Assembly (NCBI GenBank): GCA_000830295.1
Contig: CP010425.1
Span: forward strand, 352,001 to 416,000
Length of the DNA stretch: 64,000 nt
Origin: an archaeon GW2011_AR15
Lineage (GTDB): Archaea > Nanobdellota > Nanobdellia > Woesearchaeales > GW2011-AR15
Direction of reading: 5' to 3'
This document shows positions 1 to 9,346 of this stretch, one piece after another. The notes under the pieces were generated by a model that was not told the DNA's origin, made no database searches, and saw only the letters and a list, made by a program, of their open reading frames with translations. How positions within the stretch are numbered: the first letter of the stretch is position 1; the number at the start of each line of letters is the position of its first letter. Position numbers and translations under genes: made by a program.

Positions 1-767
1 AGCTGTCAATCCTTGTTGTCGGGGGAACAGGCTCCGGTAAAACCTCTTTCATGAATGTAATTTCAGGATTTTTCCCGCCAAACCAAAGGATAATTTCAAT
101 TGAGGATACAAGGGAGCTGCAGCTGCCCGCAACCCTTCACTGGGTGCCTATGCAGTCCAGGCTTCCGAACCCTGAAGGAAAGGGTGAAATAACAATGCTT
201 GACTGCATGATCAACGCACTGAGGATGAGGCCGGACAGGATTATAGTCGGAGAAGTAAGGAGAGAAAAGGAGCTTGAGGTCATGTTTGAAGCCCTGCACA
301 CCGGCCATTCTGTATACAGCACTTTCCACGCAAGCAATGTAAATGAGACCATTGCCCGTCTTGCAAATCCCCCTATAAATCTTGCAAGGCAGCTGCTCGC
401 ATCGCTTGACCTGATTGTTGTCCAGCACAGGAACAGAAGGACTGGAGTAAGGAGGACATTCCAGGTAGCTGAGCTTGACGAATCCGGGAACCCAAAAATC
501 ATAATGCAGCATAATAACATGCAGGACAGGATGTCCCAGACAGCCCTTCCGCAGAGGACAATGGCCACTCTCATGCTTTACAGCGGGATGAGCCAGGAGC
601 AGATAAGCACCGAGCTGCAGGAGAAGATATCTGTGCTTAAATGGCTTGTTGCAAGGGACATAGAAGAGATAGGCAAAGTCGGGCTTATCATAAGCGATTA
701 CTACACAGAAAAGCAGCACCTTCTCGACCTTGTCAAAAAGAATAAAGATTATGTGGCTGTGAAGTAA
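1..767 (+). CDS. Type II/IV secretion (CpaF/FlaI/VirB11-family) ATPase, 5'-truncated by window edge
   Basis: Frame is open upstream of the tracked ATG and reads LSILVVGGTGSGKTSF (Walker A); also SIEDTRELQL, ALRMRPDRIIVGEVR (Walker B) and HTGH..STFHA (His box). Confidence 0.92.
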   Translation, partial: LSILVVGGTGSGKTSFMNVISGFFPPNQRIISIEDTRELQLPATLHWVPMQSRLPNPEGKGEITMLDCMINALRMRPDRIIVGEVRREKELEVMFEALHTGHSVYSTFHASNVNETIARLANPPINLARQLLASLDLIVVQHRNRRTGVRRTFQVAELDESGNPKIIMQHNNMQDRMSQTALPQRTMATLMLYSGMSQEQISTELQEKISVLKWLVARDIEEIGKVGLIISDYYTEKQHLLDLVKKNKDYVAVK

Positions 768-1562
768 ATGAGAAATATATTTTCAAAGGAATATACAAAA
801 ATCCTGAAGAAGACACAGACAAATCCTGAGAGGTTTTCAAAACTGGCCGTGGCTTCAAGCCTTATTGTTGCCCTTCTTATTTCCGGCATAGTGCTGGCGC
901 TGCTGATTTTCAGGGGCTTGCCGCCGTATTATGCAGTTATAGTTTTCCTGGCTGCGTTTTTTTTGGCATTTGAGATGATAAAACTGATTCCGGCAATGAG
1001 CCTCAGGAGCCGGAAGGCAATGCTTGAATCAGACCTTCTGTATTCCGCAAGGCACCTTCTTCTGAAGCTGGAAAGCGGCTCATCACTTGTGAATTCCCTG
1101 GAGAGCGTAAGCACACTCAATACAAAGTCAAGCGCATATTTCAAGAAGCTCATGCTGGATATCTCGCTTGGGACACCAATAGAAGATGCCATAGAAAAAG
1201 CAATAGCCTACAGCCCTTCCCTTGCATATTCAAAGATACTGAGTGAGATAAAGACCTCACTGGAAACAGGCTCTGACCTGCGGAAGACAATAAAGAATAT
1301 TGTTGAGGATGTCACAAGAAACCACCTTATCCATATACAGGAATACGGCAAGAAACTGAATCCCATGTCAATGTTCTATATGATCCTGGGGACTGTTTTC
1401 CCGAGCATTGGCACTGCCCTTATAATAGTAGCTGCAAGCCTTCTTCCCGGAGTCCTTGTAATAAACTTCACCGTGCTTATGTTCCTCCTGTTTATGCTGC
1501 TGGTAGTCCAGCTGTTTTTCCTGTTCTCATTCAGGTCGCTTAAGCCAGGGGTGATGGAATGA
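768..1562 (+). CDS. Type II secretion system F / TadB-C-like pilus platform membrane protein
   Basis: Abuts the ATPase; TM helices flank a T2SSF-like domain (LESGSSLVNSL...LGTPIEDAI...ETGSDL). Confidence 0.82.
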   Translation: MRNIFSKEYTKILKKTQTNPERFSKLAVASSLIVALLISGIVLALLIFRGLPPYYAVIVFLAAFFLAFEMIKLIPAMSLRSRKAMLESDLLYSARHLLLKLESGSSLVNSLESVSTLNTKSSAYFKKLMLDISLGTPIEDAIEKAIAYSPSLAYSKILSEIKTSLETGSDLRKTIKNIVEDVTRNHLIHIQEYGKKLNPMSMFYMILGTVFPSIGTALIIVAASLLPGVLVINFTVLMFLLFMLLVVQLFFLFSFRSLKPGVME

Positions 1563-2563
1563 GTTTTTTCTATAACCTCGGGAAAAGCATCCTGCCTGAA
1601 AGGATAAGGCAGAGAATAGGCATATATCTTGAAAAGACCGGAAAATATGAGGTTCCTTTTGATACATATGGGAAAGTTTTTGTGTTCTCTTTTGCAATAA
1701 GCATCCTTGCCTATGCCTTGCTCCTTTACTCTTATCTTAAGTCTGCAGGGCTTGCGCTTTTCCTGATACTCTCCTTCCTGAGCCTGACAGCGCTCCAGCT
1801 CGGCCTTGTTTTTGTCATGCTTATAGGCTTCTGGCTTTATTATGAGTTCGTGATATTCAGAAGGACGAGAGAAATAGAGGAAGTCCTGCCTGATTTTCTT
1901 GAGCAGGTCTCTGTAAATCTAAGGGCAGGAATGAGCTTTGACAGGGCTCTCTGGAATTCTGTAAACCCCGACTTCGGAGTGCTTGAAAGAGAGATAGAGA
2001 TTGTCTCAAAGAAAGTTATGACCGGAGACGATACAGAGCAGGCCCTGAAGGAATTTGCGAACAAGTACAATTCAACATTGCTGCAGGAATCAATGGATAT
2101 GATAATAATAGGAATACGGGCAGGCGGCAACATATCTGAGCTTATAGACAGGGTCGTGGCAAATGTAAAGGAAGCCCACTACCTCAATGAAGAGCTTATA
2201 GCAAGCGTAACCAGCTATGTGATATTCATAAGCGTCATAGCCGTCGTGATTTCCCCTGTGCTGTTTGCACTGTCATTCAACCTGATGCAGATAATACAGG
2301 GGCTTGGGGACAAGCTTACTGTGACAAATTACGGAAATGTGCTGAATTTCGGGGATAACCTGCTTAACCCAAAGGATTTCATACTCTTCTCAAAGATAGC
2401 CATAGTCATCATCGCAGGCATATCCTCCCTTATAATTGCTGACCTGAGGGAAGGCAGCATAAAGGCAGGGCTCAAATACATTGTGCTGTTTGCGCCTATA
2501 GCGTATATTATCTATCTTGTTGCGCTTGCAGGATTGTCAGGGGCGTTTGGCGTTGTCGTCTAG
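1559..2563 (+). CDS. Second T2SSF / TadC-like pilus platform membrane protein
   Basis: ATGA overlap with the previous gene; IEEVLPDFL..VSVNLRAGMSFDRAL signature; multiple TM segments. Confidence 0.85.
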   Translation: MSFFYNLGKSILPERIRQRIGIYLEKTGKYEVPFDTYGKVFVFSFAISILAYALLLYSYLKSAGLALFLILSFLSLTALQLGLVFVMLIGFWLYYEFVIFRRTREIEEVLPDFLEQVSVNLRAGMSFDRALWNSVNPDFGVLEREIEIVSKKVMTGDDTEQALKEFANKYNSTLLQESMDMIIIGIRAGGNISELIDRVVANVKEAHYLNEELIASVTSYVIFISVIAVVISPVLFALSFNLMQIIQGLGDKLTVTNYGNVLNFGDNLLNPKDFILFSKIAIVIIAGISSLIIADLREGSIKAGLKYIVLFAPIAYIIYLVALAGLSGAFGVVV

Positions 2564-2904
2564 AACATAATAAAATCGCCTATTTCTGTCCCGCTCCTCT
2601 TTACTGCACCGTCAGGAAGCTCCAGCACGTATTTTGCTTTCTCTCTGGGATAATAAACTGTAAAGGGGAGGAAGTGCTCCTTTATTTCTATAATTCTTTT
2701 CCTGTTATCAAGAAAGACAAGGTCTATGGGAAAAAATACGAAAAGCATATGCAGTCCCCTTCTCTCTGCCTTGTCAAAGACAAAGACAAGCCCCGTGTCT
2801 GTTATTTTTCTTGAAAACATCAGGCCCCTGAGCTTTGAGGGAATGCTTCTGCAAACCCTCATTTCTGCTGTAATCACTATGTTTTTGGTCTTATTCAGTA
2901 TCAT
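2560..2904 (-). CDS. DUF192 (UPF0127) family protein
   Basis: RGLMF...GLVFVF...HMLFVFFPIDLVFLD...YVLELPDG motifs. Confidence 0.88.
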   Translation of the reverse strand: MILNKTKNIVITAEMRVCRSIPSKLRGLMFSRKITDTGLVFVFDKAERRGLHMLFVFFPIDLVFLDNRKRIIEIKEHFLPFTVYYPREKAKYVLELPDGAVKRSGTEIGDFIMF

Positions 2905-3005
2905 AACCTAATTTGATATAATTTGGAATTTAAAAAAATTTATATATAGAAGGCATAATTGATATAGTACAGGGGTAGGTAGAAATCAGCAGCAAATCTT
3001 TCAAC

Positions 3006-3512
3006 GTGGATATGGATGCTTATCTTTCCAGAAGGACGAAGGATAAGCCTAAAAAAGAGGATAAGGAAGAGAAGAAGAAAGAGGTAGAAGTAGTTGAAGT
3101 GGAGGAGATAGTGGAAGAGGTTGAAATTACCCCCAGAAAAAGAAAGGTCTCTTTTTTGAAAAGATTTTTTGATTCCCTTTTCGGGGATGCTGAAGAATAT
3201 CCTGAAGTAGGAGAGGTAGAGAGGATGAAAGAAGAGAGGGAATTTGAGGATATGGAACAGAAGCCAAAGAAAAGGAAGAAGGATCTGCTTTCAAAATTAT
3301 TCGGATGGCTCGGCGGGGAAGAGGATACTGCTGCTGAAGAGGTTGCTATTCAGGCGCATGCTGAAGTGAATGAAGACCTCAAAGATGCGCTTAAGATACA
3401 GAACAAGTGGCTCCAGAAACTGCCTGCCCAGAGCATAAGGGATTTCAAGGCATCAGAAGATTACAAAAGATACAGAGAGATACTTGAAAAGTATAAGCTG
3501 CTGAAGAAATAA
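3006..3512 (+). CDS. Hypothetical highly charged (K/E-rich) protein
   Basis: 168-aa ORF with genome-typical purine bias; upstream TATA-like TTTATATA near 2939. Confidence 0.6.
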   Translation: MDMDAYLSRRTKDKPKKEDKEEKKKEVEVVEVEEIVEEVEITPRKRKVSFLKRFFDSLFGDAEEYPEVGEVERMKEEREFEDMEQKPKKRKKDLLSKLFGWLGGEEDTAAEEVAIQAHAEVNEDLKDALKIQNKWLQKLPAQSIRDFKASEDYKRYREILEKYKLLKK

Positions 3513-3597
3513 TAAAAATTTTTATCTGTTTTTATGCCTATTGCCCAATATAACCTATTGGAAAGGTATTTATACTTATTATCCGGCATATTAATAT

Positions 3598-4326
3598 ATG
3601 AATTTAGGCTATATTCTTTCAGGCATTTGGTTCTATTTTATAGATTCATTCGTGCTCTGGCTGAAAGCTATATTTGTCGCTCCGTTTACCAATCCTGACA
3701 TGCTCTGGATACTTATTCCTATCTGGGTCGGCTGGATTTTTGCTGATTTTTTCCAGGAGAAGAAAGGAACATCACTGGGAAACGCGATATCAAACGGAGT
3801 GCTTGCCCTGTGGGCCGGGTTAGACTGGATCCGCACCAGCATAAGGGCAGTGCAGGCAGGTGATAGCGCGCACTGGCTGAGCTGGCTCGGGAAATCTGTT
3901 GTTGCCCTATTTGTGCTGTCATACGGCTGCTGGATAATATACCTCGGTGTCAAGGGAAAGCAACTTACAAAATATCTGGGCAGAATAAGGGAAGTCACCT
4001 ATGTTGTAATAATATTCAGCCCATTGTTTTACAGGAACCCTGTAATCAGCGGGCTGTCCTTCCAGCTTCTGTTTTCAGCAGTTATTTTCTTTCCCGTATT
4101 CTACTATTTTACAGAATTCCTGAACTGGATAATACCGGACCCTGAATCAATAAAGCAGGATGATAAGAAAGCAGCAGGCATTCCTGCGGGTCCGCAATCG
4201 TGGAGCCCATCTGGCCACAGAAATGAGGGATATAACCATAACCCCTATTCATCCCATTACCCATATCACCATATTGCCACAATGGGAATGAGAAACCAAA
4301 GAAAGCCTGATTACAAATTAAGGTAG
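3598..4326 (+). CDS. Hypothetical integral membrane protein with a His/Pro/Tyr-rich tail
   Basis: About 6 hydrophobic segments; TATA-like TTTATA ~25 nt upstream. Confidence 0.7.
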   Translation: MNLGYILSGIWFYFIDSFVLWLKAIFVAPFTNPDMLWILIPIWVGWIFADFFQEKKGTSLGNAISNGVLALWAGLDWIRTSIRAVQAGDSAHWLSWLGKSVVALFVLSYGCWIIYLGVKGKQLTKYLGRIREVTYVVIIFSPLFYRNPVISGLSFQLLFSAVIFFPVFYYFTEFLNWIIPDPESIKQDDKKAAGIPAGPQSWSPSGHRNEGYNHNPYSSHYPYHHIATMGMRNQRKPDYKLR

Positions 4327-4347
4327 ATTATAGAATAAATAAAAAAA

Positions 4348-4698
4348 TCAGCAGACGCTCTTTCCGCATCCGCATGTGCTTGTCGCGTTTGGGTTGTCTA
4401 TCTTGAATCCTGAGCCGTGCAGGGAATCTACAAAGTCTATTTTGACTCCTTTAAGGAACTCCACGCTGTCCTTGTCAACAAAGATTTTTACCCCGTGCTG
4501 CTCCATAACCAAGTCTGTCTTTTCAGGATTTTCCTCAAAATCCATGCCATACTGGAATCCTAAGCATCCGCCTGGAAACACATAGAGCTTAAGTCCGTGC
4601 TTTTCCTTGTTGTCCTGTTTGGCAAGCTCCATTATTTTGCCTGCAGCTTTCTCTGTGATTGTAACAACCTGTTTTACTTCGGTTTTTTGCTTAGCCAT
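4348..4698 (-). CDS. HesB/IscA/ErpA A-type Fe-S cluster carrier
   Basis: ITEKAA, GGCLGFQY and NPNATSTCGCGKS motifs. Confidence 0.93.
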   Translation of the reverse strand: MAKQKTEVKQVVTITEKAAGKIMELAKQDNKEKHGLKLYVFPGGCLGFQYGMDFEENPEKTDLVMEQHGVKIFVDKDSVEFLKGVKIDFVDSLHGSGFKIDNPNATSTCGCGKSVC

Positions 4699-4747
4699 GA
4701 TGTCCTCACCTTGTTTAATGAATCAAACTTTGATTATAAATCTTTCT

Positions 4748-5458
4748 CTATGCTCCCCAGACATCCCGCTTTATGTTCTGCCTGTCTGCTCCAAGCTCCT
4801 TCAGTGTTGCCCCTATGTCCCTGATGAAAGGTATCGGGCCGCAGATATAGAAAAGTTTTTTCGGGCTGAAATTCCCCTCAAGCAGCTGCCTGTCAATCCT
4901 CCCTGCCCTCCCGTCCCATCCTTCTGTCTGCCTTGTAATCGTATATAGAACTGTGATGTTCCTGTTTTCATCTGCCAGCCTGTTGAGCTCTTCCCTGTAG
5001 ATTATTCTGTCAACTGTCTTGGCGCTGTAAAGCAGCGTAATTTTAGTATCCAGCTTCTTCTGTGTGCAGTATTTCATTATGGACCTGAAAGGCACGACTC
5101 CTGAGCCGCCTGCGATAAGAACAATCTCATTGCCCATCTCTTCTGTATATGTGAAATGCCCTTTAGGCTGGCTTATCTCAAATTCATCCCCAACTTCAAC
5201 TTTTTTGTGGAAGAAAGGCGTCAGCCTTCCGTCAGGGGTCAGCTCTATGGTCAGCTCAATGGATCCCTTATCCAGAGGAGACGATGCTATTGAGTATGCC
5301 CTGCCCACTTCCTCGCCATCTATTTTTGCATAGAGCATGACGAACTGGCCGGGTGTAAACACTATTTCTCCTTCTGCAAGTATGAGTTTGAATGTTTTTA
5401 CATTGCCCGTTTCGCACCTTATTTCAGAAACTTTCACTTTTATCCTTGGCTCATCCAT
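4748..5458 (-). CDS. Ferredoxin-NAD(P)+ reductase-family FAD-binding oxidoreductase
   Basis: FTPGQF, RAYSIASSP, LIAGGSGVVPF and YICGP motifs; start placed at MDEPR, ~23 nt from a TATA. Confidence 0.9.
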   Translation of the reverse strand: MDEPRIKVKVSEIRCETGNVKTFKLILAEGEIVFTPGQFVMLYAKIDGEEVGRAYSIASSPLDKGSIELTIELTPDGRLTPFFHKKVEVGDEFEISQPKGHFTYTEEMGNEIVLIAGGSGVVPFRSIMKYCTQKKLDTKITLLYSAKTVDRIIYREELNRLADENRNITVLYTITRQTEGWDGRAGRIDRQLLEGNFSPKKLFYICGPIPFIRDIGATLKELGADRQNIKRDVWGA

Positions 5459-5539
5459 GGAAAATCCTGAAATCATGATGTTTTAAATAGTTATTCCTTT
5501 AAACAAAATTTTAAAAACAAAGTATGTTTCCGTGTAGAT

Positions 5540-6130
5540 ATGGCTGAGTTTGCATACCAGGTAAAAATCCCGAAGGAAAGGGTTGCCGTGCTTATAGGCA
5601 AGAAAGGGGAAGTCAAGAAGCAGATAGAGGAGACTACAGGCATAGCCATGGAGATTGACTCAAAAGAGGGAGAGGTTAATGTCATAGGGGATGATGCCCT
5701 TATGCTCTATTCCACAAGGGAGATAATAAAGGCCATTGCCCGGGGATTCAACCCGGAAATTGCCATGCTCCTGCTGAAGCAGGACTATGCTTTCGAGGTA
5801 ATCAGCCTGCCTGACTTTGAGAAAAAAAGCCAGTTCATGAGGATAAAGGGAAGAATTATAGGCGCTGAAGGAAAGACAAGGAGAATCATTGAAGAGCATA
5901 CAGAATGCTTTGTCTCTGTCTACGGCAAGACCGTTGCCATAATAGGAAGGAGCGACTCAATTCATATTGCAAGGAAAGCTGTCGAGATGATAATAAAAGG
6001 AAGCCCGCACTCAACTGTCTACCAGTGGCTCGAGAAGATGAAGAGGCAGCTGAGAAGAAGAGAACTGGAAGATAATTTTGAAGATCATCTAAGATATCCT
6101 AAAGACGATAAAAAGTTAGACAATCTTTAA
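5540..6130 (+). CDS. KH-domain rRNA processing protein (Dim2/Pno1/Krr1 family)
   Basis: IPKERVAVLIGKKG, IKAIARGFNPE, RIKGRIIG.EGKTR and GSPHSTVY motifs. Confidence 0.92.
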   Translation: MAEFAYQVKIPKERVAVLIGKKGEVKKQIEETTGIAMEIDSKEGEVNVIGDDALMLYSTREIIKAIARGFNPEIAMLLLKQDYAFEVISLPDFEKKSQFMRIKGRIIGAEGKTRRIIEEHTECFVSVYGKTVAIIGRSDSIHIARKAVEMIIKGSPHSTVYQWLEKMKRQLRRRELEDNFEDHLRYPKDDKKLDNL

Positions 6131-6166
6131 ATATCCGTCTGCTATTGCTATTCCTGGTGAGGACCA

Positions 6167-6586
6167 ATGGCTTACATCATAACAGAACTCTGTCTTAGGG
6201 ATGGCGCATGCGTAGAGGTGTGCCCTGTTGACTGCATCAGGCCGGGAGAGCCGCAGGAAGAGCATCCCACATTTTACATAGACCCTGCTACCTGCATTGA
6301 CTGCAATGCCTGCCTTCCGACATGCCCTTATGAGGCAATTTTTGAAGGCCTTGAGGTTGATGCTATGAAAAATTTTGTGGCAAACGGCGGCGAGCATCTT
6401 GCGGCAAAACTTGGAACGCCCGGTTTTAATGAGGTATATGAAGGGCATGACGCAAAAGGAAACCCCGTAAAGCTGGAAGCGACAAGGACTTTGCAGAAAG
6501 GGGAGGCAGTTGACCTTACAACCGCGATAGAGCAGAACGAGAAGTACTTCACAGAAGGGCTGGGATATAACGCCAAGAAGTTTTGA
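6167..6586 (+). CDS. Dicluster (7Fe-like) ferredoxin with C-terminal extension
   Basis: C-x5-C-x3-CP and CIDCNACLPTCP motifs; GGTGAGG SD upstream. Confidence 0.88.
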   Translation: MAYIITELCLRDGACVEVCPVDCIRPGEPQEEHPTFYIDPATCIDCNACLPTCPYEAIFEGLEVDAMKNFVANGGEHLAAKLGTPGFNEVYEGHDAKGNPVKLEATRTLQKGEAVDLTTAIEQNEKYFTEGLGYNAKKF

Positions 6587-7060
6587 ATGATGGCAGAAAC
6601 AGCAACTTTTGGTGCCGGATGCTTCTGGGGAGTTGAGCACGAGTTCTCAAAAGTCAAAGGTGTACTCTCTACAGAAGTCGGCTTCATGGGCGGAGATGCT
6701 GAGAACCCTTCTTACCAGCTTGTCTGCACCAATACAACAGGCCATGCAGAAGTCGTGCATGTAAAATATGACCCGAAGAAAGTTCCGTATGAAAAGCTGC
6801 TTGAGGTTTTCTGGAGAGTACACGACCCGACTCAGCTCAACAGGCAGGGCCCCGATGTGGGAACACAGTACAGGTCTGTGATATTCTATTATAATGAAGA
6901 ACAAAAGAAAAAAGCTGAGAAATCCCTGAAGGAGGAGCAGAAAAAGCACAGCAAAAAGATTGCGACTGCAATTGTGGAAGCTGAGGAGTTCTACAGGGCA
7001 GAGGAATACCACCAGAAATACTACGAGAAAAAAGGATGCATTGAAAACCTTTTTAAATGA
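6587..7060 (+). CDS. msrA: Peptide methionine sulfoxide reductase A
   Basis: GAGCFWG, TGHAEVV, HDPTQLNRQGPDVGTQYRS and AEEYHQKY motifs. Confidence 0.97.
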   Translation: MMAETATFGAGCFWGVEHEFSKVKGVLSTEVGFMGGDAENPSYQLVCTNTTGHAEVVHVKYDPKKVPYEKLLEVFWRVHDPTQLNRQGPDVGTQYRSVIFYYNEEQKKKAEKSLKEEQKKHSKKIATAIVEAEEFYRAEEYHQKYYEKKGCIENLFK

Positions 7061-7162
7061 ACTAAGACTCCCTCATTCTATGGAAAGCAGCGTCCGGAAA
7101 AAAGGCGTGTAAATCTGTTCTTAATATCATTAGCTTTCAATATACTTATTTGGTGAATATCT

Positions 7163-8101
7163 GTGGAAAAAGTAAAAGACTTCAGGTGGAAAAAAGGAAT
7201 ATCTGTGAATGAATTAGTTGAATCGCTGGGAAATGTGGGGTTCCAGAGCAGCGAGATGAAGAAAGCTGTTGATGTCATTGTCAAGATGAAGAAGGATGGG
7301 GCAAAGATCTTTTTCACATACACCAGCAACATGGTTACTTCCGGGTTAAGGGGGTTCTTTGCCCAGCTTATAGAATTAGGCATGGTGGATGTGGTTGTAA
7401 CTACTGTCGGCGGGATTGAAGAGGATATCATGAAGGCAGAAGGCGAGAAATTCATAATAGGCAGATTCAGCGCTGACGATATCGAGCTTTATGAGAAAGG
7501 CGTCAACAGGGTGGGCAACCTTTTCATAAGGAATGAGTCATATCTTAAATTTGAAGATACAATAGGGAAGATGCTCCTTGAACTCTATAAGAAAAAGCCG
7601 CGATGGACTCCCTCCGAATTAATACATGAGCTTGGGAAAAGGCTGGATGACAGGAATTCAATATTATACCAGGCATCAAAAAATAATGTCCCCATTTTCT
7701 GCCCGGGAATAACAGACGGCTCATTCGGGTTCCATCTGTTCATGCTGCAGCAGAAGCATCCTGATTTTGTTATAGATGTTGTCCAGGATTTTAGGAACAT
7801 ATTATTCTGCACAAGCCATGACGACAAAAAAGGCCTTGTCTCGCTGGGAGGAAGCATTTCGAAGCACCATGCAATACTTGCCTGCCTTCTCAACGGGGGG
7901 CTGGATTATGCTGTGTATCTTACAACTGCGCATGCAAGCTCAGGCAGCATGTCCGGAGCAACAACAGAAGAGGCAAAGAGCTGGGGAAAAGTCAAAGATG
8001 ACTCTGATGTCTCCACTGTAATCGGTGATGTGACCTTCACTTTCCCGCTTATAATGGTCAAGGCTCTTGAGACGCTTGAGAAGGACGGCATGCTGAAATG
8101 A
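7163..8101 (+). CDS. dys: Deoxyhypusine synthase family protein
   Basis: YTSNMVTSGLR, TTVGGIEEDIMK, NRVGN, GGSISKHH and SGATTEEAKSWGK (catalytic Lys present). Confidence 0.93.
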   Translation: MEKVKDFRWKKGISVNELVESLGNVGFQSSEMKKAVDVIVKMKKDGAKIFFTYTSNMVTSGLRGFFAQLIELGMVDVVVTTVGGIEEDIMKAEGEKFIIGRFSADDIELYEKGVNRVGNLFIRNESYLKFEDTIGKMLLELYKKKPRWTPSELIHELGKRLDDRNSILYQASKNNVPIFCPGITDGSFGFHLFMLQQKHPDFVIDVVQDFRNILFCTSHDDKKGLVSLGGSISKHHAILACLLNGGLDYAVYLTTAHASSGSMSGATTEEAKSWGKVKDDSDVSTVIGDVTFTFPLIMVKALETLEKDGMLK

Positions 8102-9117
8102 AGGCCCGTTTTGTAATATCAAAAAAGAAAGTCCTTGGACAGTATCAGGAAATAAAAAAATACGCTGACGCTGTTTCCTACAGCTACAAGACCAATGTTG
8201 ATGTCGGGAAAATCCTTGAGGAAAATACAGACACGATGTTCAGCATCCATACACTAGAAAGCCTTGATGACTTAAAGGACATGAAAAGGGTATGGTTTTT
8301 CTCCCAGGCATGGAATGATAAAGATTTAGGGATGCTGTTCAAAAAAGGAGTCAATAAATTTGTTGTTGACAATGACACAGACCTGAAAATACTGCTGGAT
8401 TATGCAAAAGAAAAAAAGAAAAAACTTTCTCTGCTGCTGAGGATGAGGCTGAAAGAGCACACAGTACACACGGGGAAGCATTTTGTCTATGGGTTTTATT
8501 CGGGCAGGGTCAACGAGCTTCTTCCTGAGCTGAGGAAAAACAAAAATATTGATCGGCTGGGGATACATTTCCACAGAAAAACCCAGAATGTCAGCGAGTG
8601 GGATCTCAAAGAAGAGCTAGAAGACACTATACTGCACTGGGATAAAATAGATATTGTGAATATCGGCGGCGGGCTTCCTGCTGAATACAAGAACTACAGC
8701 CAGGGCGTGCTGAAAGGGATATTTGAGAAAATAGCAGAGCTGAAGAAATGGCTCAACAAGCAGGGGATAAAAATGGTAATAGAGCCCGGGAGGTTCATAG
8801 CCGCCTCTCCTGTAAGACTTGAGACTGAAATACTCAATGTGATTGAGAATAACGTGATAATAAACTGCTCGGTCTATAATTCCGCCATGGACACTTTTGT
8901 GGCGCACATAAGGCTGATTGTTGAAGGGGAAAAGGAAAACGGCCGGGCATATACGATAAAAGGCTGCACACCTGACTCCATGGACATATTCAGGTATAAA
9001 GTGTTCCTTGAAAAGCCGAAAAAGGGCGGGAAAATAATATTCCTTAATGCGGGAGCATACAATTATGCCTCAGATTTCTGCAATCTTCCTAAACTGGAAA
9101 CTGCTGTTGTGGATTAG
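8098..9117 (+). CDS. PLP-dependent ornithine/diaminopimelate/arginine decarboxylase family (fold III)
   Basis: YSYKTN (PLP Lys), IHFH, NIGGGLP, IEPGRF, GCTPDSMD and NAGAY motifs; ATGA overlap with dys. Confidence 0.88.
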   Translation: MKARFVISKKKVLGQYQEIKKYADAVSYSYKTNVDVGKILEENTDTMFSIHTLESLDDLKDMKRVWFFSQAWNDKDLGMLFKKGVNKFVVDNDTDLKILLDYAKEKKKKLSLLLRMRLKEHTVHTGKHFVYGFYSGRVNELLPELRKNKNIDRLGIHFHRKTQNVSEWDLKEELEDTILHWDKIDIVNIGGGLPAEYKNYSQGVLKGIFEKIAELKKWLNKQGIKMVIEPGRFIAASPVRLETEILNVIENNVIINCSVYNSAMDTFVAHIRLIVEGEKENGRAYTIKGCTPDSMDIFRYKVFLEKPKKGGKIIFLNAGAYNYASDFCNLPKLETAVVD

Positions 9118-9269
9118 ATTGCGAACTCCCTTCTTGCAACTGCCCTGTTAAGCTCGTATAATTCAGCATAATCCTTCTCAGTTACGTACCTTATGAGAGC
9201 GCTAATTTCTCTCCTTGTGTAAAAAACTCCCACGAGCAATGTTGACAGTAACACAATGATTTTTATCAT
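9114..9269 (-). CDS. Small 51-aa single-TM protein absent from the ORF track (MIKIIVLLSTLLVGVFYTRREISALIRYVTEKDYAELYELNRAVARREFAI)
   Basis: Translated by hand; GAGGTGA SD 5 nt before the ATG; fills an otherwise empty gap. Confidence 0.6.
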   Translation of the reverse strand: MIKIIVLLSTLLVGVFYTRREISALIRYVTEKDYAELYELNRAVARREFAI

Positions 9270-9346
9270 GCAAATCACCTCTTTAAGAAAAAGAGGGCAG
9301 TTTTGTTTAAATAGCTCACAAGAGGATGTCTACTGTGTCCAGTGGC

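Noticed and set aside
4348-7060. Selenocysteine/pyrrolysine recoding in HesB, MsrA or ferredoxin
   Set aside because: All catalytic positions are Cys codons and no in-frame stop interrupts conserved motifs.
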